A stretch of 64,000 nt of DNA, taken from positions 67,394,001 to 67,458,000 of the forward strand of contig OX597814.1 in the NCBI GenBank assembly GCA_951406725.2, read 5' to 3'. A program made the translations under genes and the position numbers. The DNA is from Octopus vulgaris (lineage: Eukaryota). Under the pieces are notes generated by a model that saw only the letters and a program-made list of their open reading frames with translations, was not told the DNA's origin and ran no database searches. Positions 39,601 through 55,077 of this stretch are shown one piece after another; within the stretch, counting starts at the first letter, position 1, and every line of letters starts with the position of its first letter.

Positions 39601-42600
39601 TGTCAGGATTATATGCTGGTGAAATGTGCCCTTACTGAAATTTTCCGAGAAAAAATAACTTTAGCTTTGAAGGACTCACTCGAGAAGAGAGTATTCTCTA
39701 CCAAATTAAGTGAAAAAAACACACACCAGAGACAGTATTAAAAGCTGTTAACGAAATTGGTTATGAGTATATACAACAGTTTGATGAACCCACATACTGG
39801 CAGATTAACGCCTGTCTATATTCTCTGGCTACTGTACATGAAATTCAAAAAGTAAAACAAAACCGAAATAACAAAGGAAGTACCATCATGAGTTTTAAAG
39901 ACAGAGAAAAAGATAACTGGTTTACGGAAGACCATCAGTCATATAATGATGCTTATTGTGTGCAAACAACCAGATCACTATAAGTCCCACCAACAGAAAG
40001 TAAAGAAGGAGATAGAAATGATGTTGGGAGATTGATTAGTCTTCAAGCAGGAGCTAAAAGCTGTCAGTAAAACACTCCGACATTAGAAGAGAATAACCGA
40101 GAGAAGAACAATAAATAAAAATTTAACCGGAACCAGGCAGCAGTATACAGAAACATGATAGGTGGAGCAGTAAATATGATGGAAGCTCCTCCACGAGAAG
40201 ACATAGACACCTTCTTGAGGAAAATTTGGGGTGAAGAGAAGTGTAGTGGTTAAGTGTGTATCAATGAACATAGATGCAAATGGAATGTGTATGTAAACAA
40301 ATACGTAAACCGATCCATAACTGAAAAGAATTTATTTACAGGGTTTGATTCGTTATAGGTACACTACAAACAAAATGTTGGCAACTGCTACGAGTTGCTA
40401 GAAATACAGAGTACATTTGTGGGTGTCATATCAGGAATTAATATGTTTGTGTGTGTGCGTTGTTCATTTGAAACAGTAGTCTATCGGCACTTCGAACATT
40501 TTCTCTGTCTCTGCGGTCTGCCAAAACCTTGGGTCGTAGATAGATCTATCTCGTCTGTCTGCCCCGTTTGTCTGCCTCCTTTCTTGATTCACTACCGTAT
40601 TTATAACAAAAAGTGGCAGCTAGAAAGACAGACATACTGCAGCAGAGTTTGTACCTAAATAAGTCAGCCCCTGTCCAGTTGAACTTCGCCTGACATGCTG
40701 AGGTCGCAGGTCAAAGGGAGATGATCAATCAATTTTTGACAGGACAAAGAAAACCTTTTTTCGCGCCTGTTGATCGTCGTGGTTTGGACGACCGAGAATT
40801 CTTGGATTCGGTTTCGAATCTAAGCTTGGAGAAGGAAGTGTTAATTCTTACAGAAGGAATTTAATCAAGATGCTCTGTGGCTGTAAGAAATCCGAAAAAG
40901 TTATTGTTCCTGCGTTATATCCAAGACATACAACATTGATGGTGAAACTCTTGCAACTGCGATCAAGAAACTCCAGGATGGAATAGTACCTGGAAGAGGC
41001 TTGATTGTTGGATATTGGTACAAGACGCTAACATTCTACCGACCATATCTTATCAATCTGTACCAGCAATCTTTCATTGGTAACAGTAGCATACCGAACT
41101 GGTTAGCTCTGGCAGAGATAAAATTCATCCCCAAATGCAGAACCACTCACATGGCAAAAAAACTACCAACCAATTGCATGCCAGAAGTTGATGTATATAC
41201 ATGTATATACAGCATGTTTAAACTTCTTCCTCCAGGACCATTGGGAAACCAATTACATTATCACAGCAGAACAAACAGCTGAGAAGAAGGGAGTCTGGAG
41301 ATGTGCCGGGCAATTGTTAATCAACAAAACTCTGATGTCAGAGGTGCGACAGCATAGGAGGAACCTAGTTTCAATGTGGCTAGACTACAAGACTCTGTTC
41401 CCCATTTATGAATGCTAGAATCCCTTCAACTTGCTAAAGTTCCAGTGAGCATAGTCAAAGCCATAGCTGACCTGACATCATCGTGGGTGACCATCTTGAA
41501 ATTAAATACAAAGAGCAACTGTATTATCACTGACAGAATACAGTATCACAAAGGCATATTCCAAGGAGACAGCCTCTCTGTGATGTGATTTATACTTTCT
41601 GTAAATTCCTTTTAATTCGTATTAAGGAAGTCAGAAGGATATCTCACTGGTTCTCAAGGAAACAGAAATACCACAATTACACACTGTTTCTTTGTGGATG
41701 ACTGAAAACTTTATGCAAAGAATATGCATGAAAAGAAAAAGAGACTTGACCTAGTTACAACATTTTCAAAGGATGTAGGATTAGAGTTTGGTCAGGATAA
41801 ATGTTGTTATATGTTTATGAAAAGGGGGAAAACTATAAACCAGACTAGTAACATCTCCATCAATGATTTGACTTTTTCCCTTGTATTTGACGAGGAATGT
41901 TACAGGTGTCTAGGGGTGGATGAAAGTATATCTTACAAAGGTACCTTAACAAAACACGTGTCACTGAAGAATATGACAGCCGAATAAAGAAAATTTGGAT
42001 CTCAGAACTCTCTGCATTCAATAAAACAGCGGTCCACAATATGTTTGCAGTGCTAGTACTCATAACAATATTTGGGCTGCTTGATTGGACGCTTGATGAG
42101 ATCTGAGCCATTGATGTGAAAACCCGAAAAATACTAACAAGCACACATAATTTCCACATAAATAGTGACGTAGACCGCTTCTACCTAAAACGAAAACAAG
42201 GCGGCAGATGATTAACATCGATCCAAAATGCCTTTCAATGTTGCATCATATCTCTTCGGCAACATATTTTAACTACTATGTATCGAAGTCCACCCCTGGA
42301 CCAAGTTTGCATACCTAAGGCTGACAACATCATAAGACTTTGGAGGCAGCTCCTTGAGAAACACTCTTTGTCTGATAACCTAGAATACATGCCCAAAGAA
42401 GACGTACGACTCTACAGCAACGTATCATCAGATGATAGGATGAGCCTATATGAGCAGAAGGCTATGCATGGATTTTAGTAGAAAGCTCTGTGATGATAGA
42501 AACATCGATCATCAAAGCAGTTTATCTTGGACAGCCGGATTACTACCTCCCACTTAGTAATCCAGGAACAGGAAATATCAACCAATACCTGATACATAAG

Positions 42601-43500
42601 AGACAGAGGTGCAGGAAAAGCAGTAAAATGTAACTACTGATGCAGATTTTGTGGAGTTCACACCGAAGATATCACCCACATGATATGCAGTTGTCCGAAA
42701 ATGTCATCACGGTATTATCTACCGATGAGACACGATATTATAGCTAGGGCATTCTAAAATGAAATCCATCGGAAGGATAATCCTGAGGACAAAGAAATAA
42801 AAAACCCACAGTATGGTAGACGCCATAGCCGCTCATAATGAAAAGGAATACTGATGGAATGTACCAGTGAAGACCTCAAGAAAATGTAAACACAATATAC
42901 CTGATATAATGATTTGAGATGGAGAAAAGAAACTGTGCGCAGTTGTGGAAATTAGCTGCTCAACGGATGTTAATATATGGCTGAAGATCAGTGAAAAAGA
43001 GAACACCTATGCTGAACTATTGAGATTATCAGTTCAGGTTCATACCTGTAATTATTGGGACCCTGGGATATGTAACACACTGCCTAAATAAGAATCTTGA
43101 GAAATTAGGCTTTTCAAAACCAGAAAGGAGAAAAATTCGAAGACTACAGGTCCAACCATCACTGAAACTGTAAAAATCTGTAATACTTTCCAGATGTTTA
43201 TCATTTAAATATATATGAGCATATCTAGATATGCAACTATATTCATGAACGTACATACATAAAACATACAAATCTGCACATACATACATACATATATACA
43301 TACATACATACATACATACATACATACATACATACATACATACATACATACATACATACATACTTACATACATACGTACATACATACATACATACATACA
43401 TACAAATAAAATACCCTGTTGATGTTGAAGTTCCAATGAAGGAACCTTAGATCTAGGTTAGAAACCGGCTCTTTCTCTATTGGCACAAAATCTTGAATAA
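39390..43500 (+). mobile_element. Degenerate R4/Dong-type RLE LINE
   Basis: WLDYK, GIFQGDSLS, FVDD RT motifs; CRFCGVHTEDITHMICSC..RHD and KHNIPD endonuclease motifs; numerous stops. Confidence 0.85.
40242..40852. mobile_element. Solo LTR (Gypsy-like) inserted in the R4-type LINE
   Basis: TGTA...TACA termini with 4-bp TSD GAAG (40238-40241 and 40853-40856). Confidence 0.7.
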
Positions 43501-43789
43501 ACTGAATAATAACATACATACATGCATACATACATACATACATACATACATACATACATACATACATACATACATACATACATACATACATACGTACATA
43601 CATACATACATACATACATACGTACATACATACATACATACATACGTACATACATACATACATACATACATACGTACATACATACATACATACATACATA
43701 CATACATACATACATACATACATACATACGTACATACATACATACATACATACATACATAAATAAATAAATAAATAAACTCACAGGTGC

Positions 43790-44590
43790 TCATAGTTTAA
43801 CCACCATAATTGTATTGCACTCATAGAAAACAAGTTCAAGTGTGATCGGAGTGATGTTAACGCTAACCCCTCTGAGAACACGAGTTTGCGCTTCAGGTTG
43901 TTTCATCTTCCAGTTTGAGGCTGGATGCAAAATAGAAAGCGGGTTACCTATTGTTTTCTCATTAGATGTCAGCTTCTTTAAGAACCTGATTTCCTTGTGT
44001 GGTGGTAGCTGCCCGTACATTTGAAAATTTCTGCAAGTACCTTCATTCGTATCGGCTTTTTCCCACTGCCTCAGTGCAAAGAGTTGTTTCGCACTACTTG
44101 CAGGATGTACTTTCTTGTTTGCTTTATATATTAAGGTTGTTTGGAGTTGGAAATAGATTACTGACGGTACACAGATGGAATGATAATTTTCCTTGGTCAG
44201 TACTTTAGAACTCTTTCCGGAACAGCGACCGCTCGTGTGCCTGGTCCCATTATATCCATTGTCTCTGGTGGACAAATCTACTGTCTTCACAGAGCGATAC
44301 CTTTCTGCTCAATCATCGATCCGTTGCACTATGAAGTCTCCCTTGGCATTTGTTTATTTCCTACCTCTTGATTTTGTAGAGGATACGTTTAAATATTACT
44401 GCCGGACAAGTCCAAAACGTCCCGGTATCTTCGATATGCTTCCGCTTCCTTCGCAGCATCCTGGAACTTCCACTTTCTGCTACACTTTATGGTTCTGTTG
44501 GCATACTTGAATCTAACATCCTCAGACAGAAGCAATGTGTTGACAAACTTTGTCTTTGTGGCCTTGAATTCCCATGCTACTTATGAAACC
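43790..44590 (-). mobile_element. Degenerate LINE RT C-terminal fragment
   Basis: GC-richer broken coding-like stretch between microsatellites; clade uncertain. Confidence 0.35.
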
Positions 44591-45427
44591 GGTGGTGGTG
44601 CAAAGAGGTCTTGCTATTCAGATTGACTGTCTGTTACCTACACTCGAGACATCAAAGTACTATTGTCAAAACGGCTACGGCAGTTTGATTATGATGCCAT
44701 GCTGGAAGCAACATACATGAATGAAAATAGTTATCAGAGACACTGACTAGGCAGGTGGTGTGAAAACCTACGGCGAGCTACTAATATACTTCCGATTCGC
44801 AAATGACATCGCACACGTCGCTGAAACACTAATATACGTATATAAATGTTTAAAAGTATGTATGTATGTAGACTGGTAAGGATTTATACATAAATATCTG
44901 TAATGGTTGATTGTATACCTGTACGTATGTTTTTCTTTGTTTTTAAATATTTGTGCCTTTAATACTTGAGAAGAAGCTGGTGCTTTACTTGTAAAAAAAC
45001 CCCATAAAAATGCAATACTTGAATCTAGATACTATCAACGAGAAGTGTATGAGTTTGACTCCAGTTAAGTCTTTACCATTTTACTGATCTTGCAGCTTAT
45101 ATTCGTAAGATATATATTACGCGATTACTTTCTAGGAAAATTCTAGACATTCAAGATCGTCAATAAAACATTCACGAACATAACCAAGTTTCACAATAAT
45201 TATTTGTAAATGTGTAAGGATTTTGTCAGGTTAAAGATGCAGCAGACACGTGATATTTATTCATAAAATGTTTCAATATTTACTAGTTCAGGAGAGATAT
45301 GCAAATCCGTATGTGTTATTTTACTTTGCATTGTTCTTGTATTGTGTCAAAAATATTGCGTCAAAAATACTCAAATAGCATAAGAATTTTAAATAGTTAG
45401 TATTAAAACTCCATGTCATTTCTCTGG

Positions 45428-45475
45428 AATTCGAAGAGAATATGATACCAGAGGAGTTAGAGCTGGAGATACTAG
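45428..45475 (+). pseudogene. Dead array exon (48 nt): EFEENMIPEELELEIL
   Basis: Acceptor ag>gg (tctctgg), donor gt>ga (ctag|gaagt), and a 30-nt in-frame deletion between two TTAGAG motifs; upstream intron block intact at ~45120-45300. Confidence 0.75.
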
Positions 45476-45599
45476 GAAGTAATTACATATACATACATAC
45501 ATACATACATACATACATACATACATACATACACACGCACGCACATACATACATATATATATACATACATACATACATACACACATATATACACTACCT

Positions 45600-46135
45600 C
45601 CTTATGCGATGCAGCGTTGTCGAGATACAACATCCGTATGCGATACGACGTTGTGGCAAATACAATATACAATACCACTCGAAAAAAGAGAGTCTTGGAA
45701 TAAATACAGAGAATCACCCTGTTGTTGAATACATACAAACACATCAACACAAGGAATATTGGTGGAACACTCTTATCAAAACATCGTTCAAATGTAAACA
45801 TAACACATCGCTTGTTTAAAACAGACAAGAAAAATATGTGCCGTTATAGAGGTCAACCGCCCTGCTGATGTGAATATCACTTTGAAAATCAAGTAGAAAG
45901 AGGATAACTACCCAAAACTGCTTGAAACCTCCAACTTCCATACAAAGATTATAAATTTACATTTATCACAATAATAATCGCTACACTTGGGTTTGTGAGT
46001 AAAGGCCTAAGACAAACTGGATAAGCTAGAGTTTCAGAAAACAAAATTAAGAGGCTAACACGTATATTATAAATACAGTTTCTAAGCCTAACTGTAAAAA
46101 TATACAAGGCTTTTCTCGAGTTAAAATAATTCAAA
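45600..46135 (+). mobile_element. R4-type LINE 3' fragment
   Basis: EYWWNTLIKTSFKCKHN motif, homologous to 42840-43200. Confidence 0.6.
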
Positions 46136-47023
46136 TAATTAAGAGAAAATTACATACATACCTACATACATACGTACGTACGTACATACATACATACATA
46201 CATACATACATACATACATACATACGTACGCGTACCCATACACACTACATACAAACAGACACACACATATACACATATACTGATGCATACATATACAGAT
46301 ATACATGTACACAACACACATACATATATATGCGCGTGAGTATGTGTGTGTTTACGTCACTAAGTGTATATTTGTATAGATGAAGCAAACATTGGAGATG
46401 CATTCTCCCTTGCAGAAAGTGAAGGAGCATCTCAATTGTATTGCAAGCTCTTCTGAATCAATCACAGTGCCGGACACACTTCTATGTTATTAGCATATAT
46501 ATCACAATCGTTTAATCCTTAGCCTGTACTTGTTCCTGAGAGTGGCAGTCCGGACTAAATTAGTCTTCGCATGTGGAAGGCTTCCACTTGCAGTCTCATG
46601 TCAACTTCAGCGAATTATAGTTTGTTTCAGGTGCCATACCTACCTCTTTGGTTTTTATATATTTATTTTTTTGTTTTCAGACTAAATCTTGATATTTGGT
46701 TTTCTTTAGCTAGTGAGAACTGACGAGTCTGTCCCCTTGGGGCAGAAATATACGAATTTGACGAGAAGTATTTGAATTTGACGCGCAGTAAAGTCTCTAT
46801 TCATCTTTGTATGATTATGCACGGGTTTTGTGTCTCACACAAAATGCACTTGTCGGCCACACTAGGGAAAGAAGAGTAAAAAATAAACGGAGTGTGAGTG
46901 AGTGAGAGTCAGAGGTGGTAAAGCAGAACAGCATTATTTTGCTCAGAAGACGCAGGTATCTTAATAAAAATATAACTGTAAATTTTTATCATAGATTGTA
47001 CTTAGTTAACAGTTTCACACACT

Positions 47024-47075
<52 letters not shown>

Positions 47076-47318
47076 AAATTAAATATTAAACACTTTTGCT
47101 TATAAAATATTTTCGTTCACATACCATATATAATGATGTTAAGTGACTCCATTTCTTACTTTATCCATGTTATACAAAAAAAAAAATCACTCAACCCTGG
47201 AATTTTTGCCTTTACAAGTAGGCTGTTATATCTTTGGCACTTATGTGAATTTTTGTTGCACTGGTACTTATTCATTTACTTTTCCTTGTTATTTGTACAC
47301 ATTGAAAAAGTATACATA

Positions 47319-47425
<107 letters not shown>

Positions 47426-47570
47426 CATAAAGAGAGAGAGAGAGAGAGAAGTGGTGTACAGATATTGTTTGTTGCAAAAAAAGAAGTAGTCAGAATTTTG
47501 GATAATTCTTCATTAGCGATTTCGTTCGTTTATCGAACTTGTCACGACAAAATCAAAATGATAATTTTGA

Positions 47571-47615
47571 TTTTGTCTTGACGAGTTTGATAAACAAACG
47601 AAAGCGCTAATAAAG
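47571..47615 (+). ncRNA. Hammerhead-like motif in a ~140-bp palindrome (47491-47632)
   Basis: TTGACGA-GTTTG(ataaa)CAAAC-GAAA-GCGC-TA; imperfect stem I; decayed antisense copy at ~47508-47550. Confidence 0.45.
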
Positions 47616-47661
47616 AATTATCCACAATTCTCATTGCCTCCTTTTGCTCAATATATATATA

Positions 47662-47712
<51 letters not shown>

Positions 47713-48274
47713 AACTAAAGTTATTGAACAAACAAATGCAAGGTCATCCGCATATTATTTCATCATTCGAACATTTAATCATAGAATATACATATAAACA
47801 TCCCGCAAGATGGAACATAATTCATTTGTACAAGCATACAAGCATATAATAATAATAAGGTGTGACAAAAATTTTTTTTCATCACAGTTTAGAGTTAATA
47901 CTTTAGCGATTCAGAAAAATACATTAAAAAAAAAACCAACCTAGAAAGTAAAAATATAATATAAAGTAATATATAAAAATATATAGGTATATAAAAATAT
48001 ATATATATATACATATAGGAGCATATAAAAAATATATAATATATATCATGTAAATAAAATAAAAGTTCATCGTTTAGAAATCTTATTAAATAATTATTCA
48101 AATAAAAGAAGCCTTATAGTGAAAAAGGGAACCATATTTAAATCTTACTCAGTCAGTTGATGGGCTCCACTACCTCAAATGTTCTTAAAATTTAAATCCG
48201 CATCTCTATCTTTATATCTCTATAATGCTGCCACTTGATATGAAAATGTTTGTGTTAATGGAAAACCTCTATAA

Positions 48275-48360
48275 TTGGCTGATGAGTGCTTAGCATTTTA
48301 AAACTGTTGTAATACTTACAACATTTAATAAAATGATGTAGTACGAAACAATCGTACTAA
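48275..48360 (+). ncRNA. Type I hammerhead motif with extended stem II
   Basis: TTGG-CTGATGA-GTGCT..cattttA..tgttgtaa/ttacaaca..taaaatg..AGTAC-GAAA-CAATCG-TA-CTAA. Confidence 0.65.
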
Positions 48361-48490
48361 GTTACCGGAGTCATTCTTGTTGCTTATTTTGATTATAATC
48401 ACCCCACGGATTTATATGGATAACACCATACAGAATTCTGGTGCATCTAAATTAAGTACCATATTCATTTGAATCTAAATTTTTGCTGAA

Positions 48491-48534
<44 letters not shown>

Positions 48535-48786
48535 TATGCACACATATATCAGATGTATCTGATTTTTCAGGTGCTTAGTGGTGTGTATATATGTATATAT
48601 ATCTATTAGATTGCTGACATTCGGCAATGGTTTCTCCCATTATGTTGGTGCGCCATTTTCTATCATTAATAAAACTATCGGTATTTTTGATGACACAAGT
48701 ATGCTAGTATTCAATTAGTATACAAATGTTTGAATAATTAATATTAAAACATTCAATGGTAAATTTCCTCCTTTCTGTTTCTCTAG

Positions 48787-48861
48787 AATCTAAGGGGTAC
48801 ACCATACCAGGAGTGTTGGAGTCTGAGGCTGACAAGACGGATGGTTTTGAAGTGGACCCAG
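48787..48861 (+). CDS. Micro-exon of array (75 nt, phase 1-1): ESKGYTIPGVLESEADKTDGFEVDP
   Basis: Acceptor tttcctcctttctgtttctctag, donor CCAG|gtatga. Confidence 0.8.
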
Positions 48862-50487
48862 GTATGAATTACATGAATGTATATGTATATATATATACAT
48901 TCATGCAGATATATACATACATAAACACACTCATACATTTCTACATACATGCACACATACATACATACGCACATACACACACTCATACATACGTACATAC
49001 ATATATACATATGCATACATCTGTACATATATACACATATATACATATATACATGCATACACTTACATGCATGCATACATACATACATACATACATACAC
49101 ACATACATGCATACATATCAATAGACTTACTAATAGATTTATATATTTAAGCACATGTACATACTTGTATGGATATATGTGTGTGCGCGTGTATATTTAT
49201 ATATAAGTACAAGTGAAATTAACATGCAAAAAATGAAAGAGCTACACAGATATATCACAATCTCTTTAGATTTCATTGCAGTGTCGGAAAGGCTTCCGTT
49301 GCACTAGCAGATATCTCACTATCCCAAGCCTTTTACCTTCCAAGCTGTACGCATTGCATGATTCATGCAGTGAAAACTGAATTAGTGAATGTTTGCAGAT
49401 GCCACACTGGAATGGCCATAATTTGAATTTCCGAGTAGTTATCTTTTATGAAATGACCTCATGCAGTTGTAGACATACATAAATACATATATAATCAGCC
49501 GAAATTACTACGATGATCCGGTTCTTGACTGAAGACTGAGGGTTTCGAATGTCCTGTCCGTGTTTATTGTATCGTCTTCAAAGAGTTATACGTTCTTGTC
49601 CATGTTGTATTTTTCTACATACCTTAATATATATATGTATATATATATATATATCTGTAAATATAATGTAACAATTATTCGGTAGCCAAGATAAAACTCT
49701 GAGTTTCGGATGCCGAAGTGAAAATCCACATCAGTTATCTGGCCATCTGAAAAATGCTTGTGTTATAGACCGCTATTTATACAAAAGCGCTATTTCGAAT
49801 GACCGCTAATTAAGATTAAAAGTTCATAGTAAACGCGTATATATATATATAAATGATAAGGGTAAAAAACTGATATTAATCTGATTAATATCGAGTTAAA
49901 CCAGTGGCCTAGCATATTGAAAAAATCTGAAGATTCAGAAAAATTATATTACATGCATATAAGCGGGATGACCACTAGGTGGACATGCAATATGCTAAAT
50001 GTAGACCCCATATGGTCTGACCATTAAAAAAAAATTGTCATGAAAATTCGGCAAACGCCGGAACGTAAGCGAGCAAGACAAATGAAAAGACACAAAATAT
50101 AATGATTAGTCACATACCAGGTTTCATTGTTACTGTTTACATATGTAAATATGTAAGTGTCCGAAAATTATCAGTGCGACCGTCATAGAAAATATAAATT
50201 GCAGAACTGTATACGAAAGAGAACATGCATTCAGTTGTCATATTTGGAGGCATGTTTCAAATGTCTTCGTTTTGGCGCACCAAAGCCGGGAATGATTCTG
50301 CAGAAAATAATTTTCTCATCGAAGCCTGCCGGTTAAAGAACATGGTTATTTAAATTTAAATAATAAGGGTAAAAAATTGAATATTAATTTGATTAGTATC
50401 AATTTAAACCGGCTTCCAGTATGCTAAATGTAGACCCCATATGGTCTACATTTAGCATATTGGATATCCACCTAGTGGTCATCACTC

Positions 50488-50593
<106 letters not shown>

Positions 50594-50668
50594 GGGATCA
50601 GCCATCTGTGATCCCCCTTATGTTATAGAGCAGTTACTGTTTATATCTCGCTCAGAGATTTATTATTG

Positions 50669-50728
<60 letters not shown>

Positions 50729-51329
50729 GTTTATTCTTTTACGTGTCTCGAACCTATTCGGAAATTTAGTAAGGCGGTTGGGGTTGAAAATGGTCCAAAA
50801 GTTTTTAATAGGAATGTGAAATTAGTAAAAACAGTGAAACGAATTTATTCCGTAAGAAAATTAGGGAAATATTTAAGGTTAAGAGGAGGTAATAACTAGG
50901 GTAAGGGACAAACTAGGGTTACATCGAACGTTGGACCTTAGCCTATCTCACTTCGGACAACAGGTGGAAAGGCTTAACCACATAAATGAATAAAAATTAC
51001 ACTTAACCGATAAGCACTTTATTGTGATTAACACAATTAATTAATACTACAAACGTAATTATTATAAATTATTATGATTAATATAAAACCTTATTGTATC
51101 TTCACCCCTTCTCCGTCTAAAACCTATTGGCGTATCTCACTGTTACATTTTGTTATTTTATTATTTATCTATCCTATCCCCACCGTACAAAGGATTAATC
51201 CACCAATTGCTATTTTTGGTTTAGTCATTTACTTATCGTCCTAAAGAGATATGCAAACAAAATGGTATGATTACAACCATATTCAACTTTTTTTCTCTTT
51301 TTTCTCTATGCACTTCTTTATTTATTCTT

Positions 51330-51442
51330 CACTCTGATGAAGCTCCATGTTTCAGATCGGTTTTATTACCAAATATGATAAATATTTTTAGCGTATCAGT
51401 GGCAATACCACACAACATTGGAAGCAGAAACAGCTGTTAGAT
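51330..51442 (+). ncRNA. Hammerhead motif with long stem II in Penelope-type terminal repeat
   Basis: CTGATGA-AGCTCCATGT...ACATTGGAAGCA-GAAA-CAGCTG-TT-AG; palindromic AACAGCTGTT stem III. Confidence 0.6.
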
Positions 51443-51701
51443 AGGATGCAGTCTATTTGAATTGAATTAATAAGTAATAATTAATATAAGTCAATTGTTG
51501 TTCATCGATATTTCTCCATTTCCTGCCTTCTTTAAATTTTGATTCTTGATAAACTCATGCTTATTCTTGTCTTTACCTATAATTTATGAGCATAATATGC
51601 TTACATATGTATGCCCGTGGTTAAGTATAATTAATATACCGGTAGTGTAATGGATACTTCCAACCCTTAGACGGTTATTTTAACCTGTAAGTCAGCTAAC
51701 C

Positions 51702-51732
<31 letters not shown>

Positions 51733-52408
51733 ATGTGCGCGCGCACGTCTGTTTGTGTGTATCTGTGTGTCTGTCTGTGTGTATACATATTTCTATTTTT
51801 CTGAGAAATAACTGGTGCTTTGTTAAAAAAATGCAACACAAATATGTGCAATACCTGTTTGGATACAATCAACAAGAAGTGTATGAATATGTCTTTCAGT
51901 AAAGCTTTTATTATTCTACTGGTTTGCTTAGAATATATATTTGCAAGATATATTTTACGTGATCACTTTGCTTGAAAGAAATTACTAGACATTTAAGACC
52001 GTCAAAGAAATATGCACTGGCATAACCAAATACCGCAATATTTGTAAATACATTAAGATTTTATCAACTTAAAGAGATAGCAGCTTTCAAAATACTTGTT
52101 CCTAAATATTCCAATATTTTAAGAAGAGATATTTAACTATCATATGCGTTGACTGACGGTGCGAGTTTTGTTTTTTAATTTTGTTCAAATATCGGTTTCA
52201 AATTTTGCGCAAGGCCAGCAGTTCGGGGGAAGGGGTAAGATGATTAAATTCACCCCATTGCTCAACTGGTACTCTTTTTATACACCTCGAAAGGCAAAGT
52301 CGTGTTCGGCGGAAATTCTGTTAAAATATTAAGATGGCATAAAAACTCATATTTGATATTTGATATTAGAACTCTGACTAAAAAGTTTCCTCTATTTCGT
52401 TTCTCTAG

Positions 52409-52483
52409 GATTGTTGGAGAATATGGCACCAGATGGGGTAGAAACAACTGGGCTGCAAGTGGAGTATTTAGTAAAGGGTCCAT
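52409..52483 (+). CDS. Micro-exon of array (75 nt, phase 1-1): GLLENMAPDGVETTGLQVEYLVKGP
   Basis: Acceptor tttcctctatttcgtttctctag; in-frame donor T|gtaggt (an alternative AG|gtataa at 52487 would frameshift); upstream intron block at ~51950-52130. Confidence 0.6.
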
Positions 52484-53089
52484 GTAGGTATAATATATAT
52501 CAATGCATACACACACATAAACACATACATACGCACATACACACACACACGTACACACACATACTAACATACACATCCATATATCTCTATATATAAAACT
52601 GAAATGCGTTTTTACCGCTTGGATCGCTTTCAATGCTACTACGTCCCGTCCGATTCGCTCCAAAATTTACAGGGACATGTAGAATGAGGTGACGATGCCC
52701 GTGGGCTACCTTAGAAATCCCTATCTTAAAAGGTGTGGTTGCTAGGGGCCATCTTCCTCACTCACGCTATTTCCTCCATTCCCCCCTAACTCCCCTTCAT
52801 GAATAACTTTGACAAGTCCACTACCGTTATTTAACGTATCTGTCTTCCTCAACTCACTCTCGGTATTTCCTCTCTTCCAAGAACATTTTCACTCACTCTA
52901 TCTCTTAGCTTCCCATATCTTTCACTTATGTATCTGTCTGCATTCATTCAGAGAAACAAATATTCCATCGCCATCGCCATCGCATTCTATTGTCTACCTG
53001 TCAACGCGCCGATCGACCAAATACAAAGACAAGGTTCCCTGCTTACCAGTCGAATTCAGCGTCAACGCTCACGTATGAGAGAGACTCCA

Positions 53090-53126
<37 letters not shown>

Positions 53127-53279
53127 ATGTGTGCATTATGTGGTCCAATTTTATATTTTATATATTTTCTATATTATATTTTTATTTTTATGTTTTTGTT
53201 TTTGGTTTTTTACTGTTTCATTTGCCTATTACTGGTTTTATCTCCAATTTAATTTGTACATATATATACTCTTTACTCT

Positions 53280-53680
53280 TTACTCTTTTACTTGTTTCAG
53301 TAATTTGACTGCGGCCATGCTGGAGCACCGCCTTTAGTCGAGCAAATCGACCCCGGGACTTATTCTTTGTAAGCCCAGTACTTATTCTATCGGTCTCTTT
53401 TGCCGAACCGCTAAGTAACGGGGACGTAAACACACCAGCATCGGTTGTCAAGCAATGCTAGGGGGACAAACACAGACACACAAACACACACATACATATA
53501 CATATATATGCATATATACGACAGGCTTCTTTCAGTTTCCGTCTACCAAATCCACTCACAAAGCTTTGGTCGGCCCGAGGCTATAGTAGAAGACACTTGC
53601 CCAAGGTGCCACGCAGTGGGACTGAACTCGGAACCATGCGGTTGGTAAACAAGCTACTTACCACACAGCCACTCCTGTAT
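53280..53680 (-). mobile_element. tRNA-derived SINE, young-looking copy
   Basis: Same family as 11800-12352. Confidence 0.85.
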
Positions 53681-53691
53681 ATATAATGCGT

Positions 53692-53736
<45 letters not shown>

Positions 53737-55026
53737 TATATATATATATATAATGTGTGCATTATGTGGTCGGTCGGTTCAGCTGAAAATATGCACACCT
53801 ATGTTAAAAGTACTGGCAAGTTTGCATGACAACTATTTTTTCCTCAAATTAAAGGCGTGACCTCTACGACAAAATTCCTCATCTTATAAAATGTGGCCCC
53901 AGTAGACCCGAATGAAATCGGGTTATATTTTATACAGGTTTCTAGTTTTATCTGATTGTACTATAATTCCTTCCATATTACGCATTTCTTTAATTCTAAT
54001 AGCTTGATTTGTTAGATATTCATTATGTCTATTTGAGTATTTATGAAATTTAATATTTTTCACCACCTTAGAAATATTATCCTCTAAAACCTGTATATCC
54101 CTATTATACAGGGGTTCATTTCTAGGTTTAAATTTAGAATTGATATAATTACTATTCTCTACATCGTTAACATTAGATATGTTACAATTATTGTAGTAGG
54201 TTTTGCATTTAATCCTATTAATAAAATCTTTGATATTATTAAATTTCAAAATATTTTTTTTCAATATGGTATAGTAATATCCTTCAAAGATGAATCGCAA
54301 AATAGCGGTTCTATCTTACCTGTAAGTTCCATAACTAACGAAATTGAGAGTTAAATACACTCGATAAACGTTAGTTATAAATATAAATATAATAATAATA
54401 ATAATAGTAGAGAATATAATTGCAAAAATTACGGGGGAAAATTCAAATTAACAATTTTAAATCAAATTTCACAGTATATAATATATGTATATAATTTAGA
54501 GAAAAATCTCTATCAAACAATTCAATAATGAAAGATGTTATTCACACCATATAGAAAACATATACTAAAAAAACTTATTCTAAAACTCAATAAAGTACAA
54601 TAAATAGTAAATAGATAGTAATAAAAAAATCAATTCGATTTAAAATCAAATCGATCTAAAATTAATTCTATTAAAAATATAGTCACTCATCAGGTCTAAA
54701 ATAAATAATTAAAAAATGATAATAGAATAAATGTACTTATCTTAACTTATACTAATTATCAAATAAATATATAAAAATGCGTCATCCTCTTTATAAAGTT
54801 CTACGTATTACGTTTAAATTTTTAGTTAACAAAAATCCTTCGATAAGATAAGTTATGCTTTTCTTTTAAGAAATATTGTTAAATGCTTTTCGATTATTTA
54901 TAGTTAATACACGTATTTTTATATATTTATTTGATAATTAGTATAAGTTAAGATAAGTACATTTATTCTATTATTATTTTAAAAATTTATTTTAGACCTG
55001 ATGAGTGACTTTTTAAATCGAATTGA

Positions 55027-55077
<51 letters not shown>

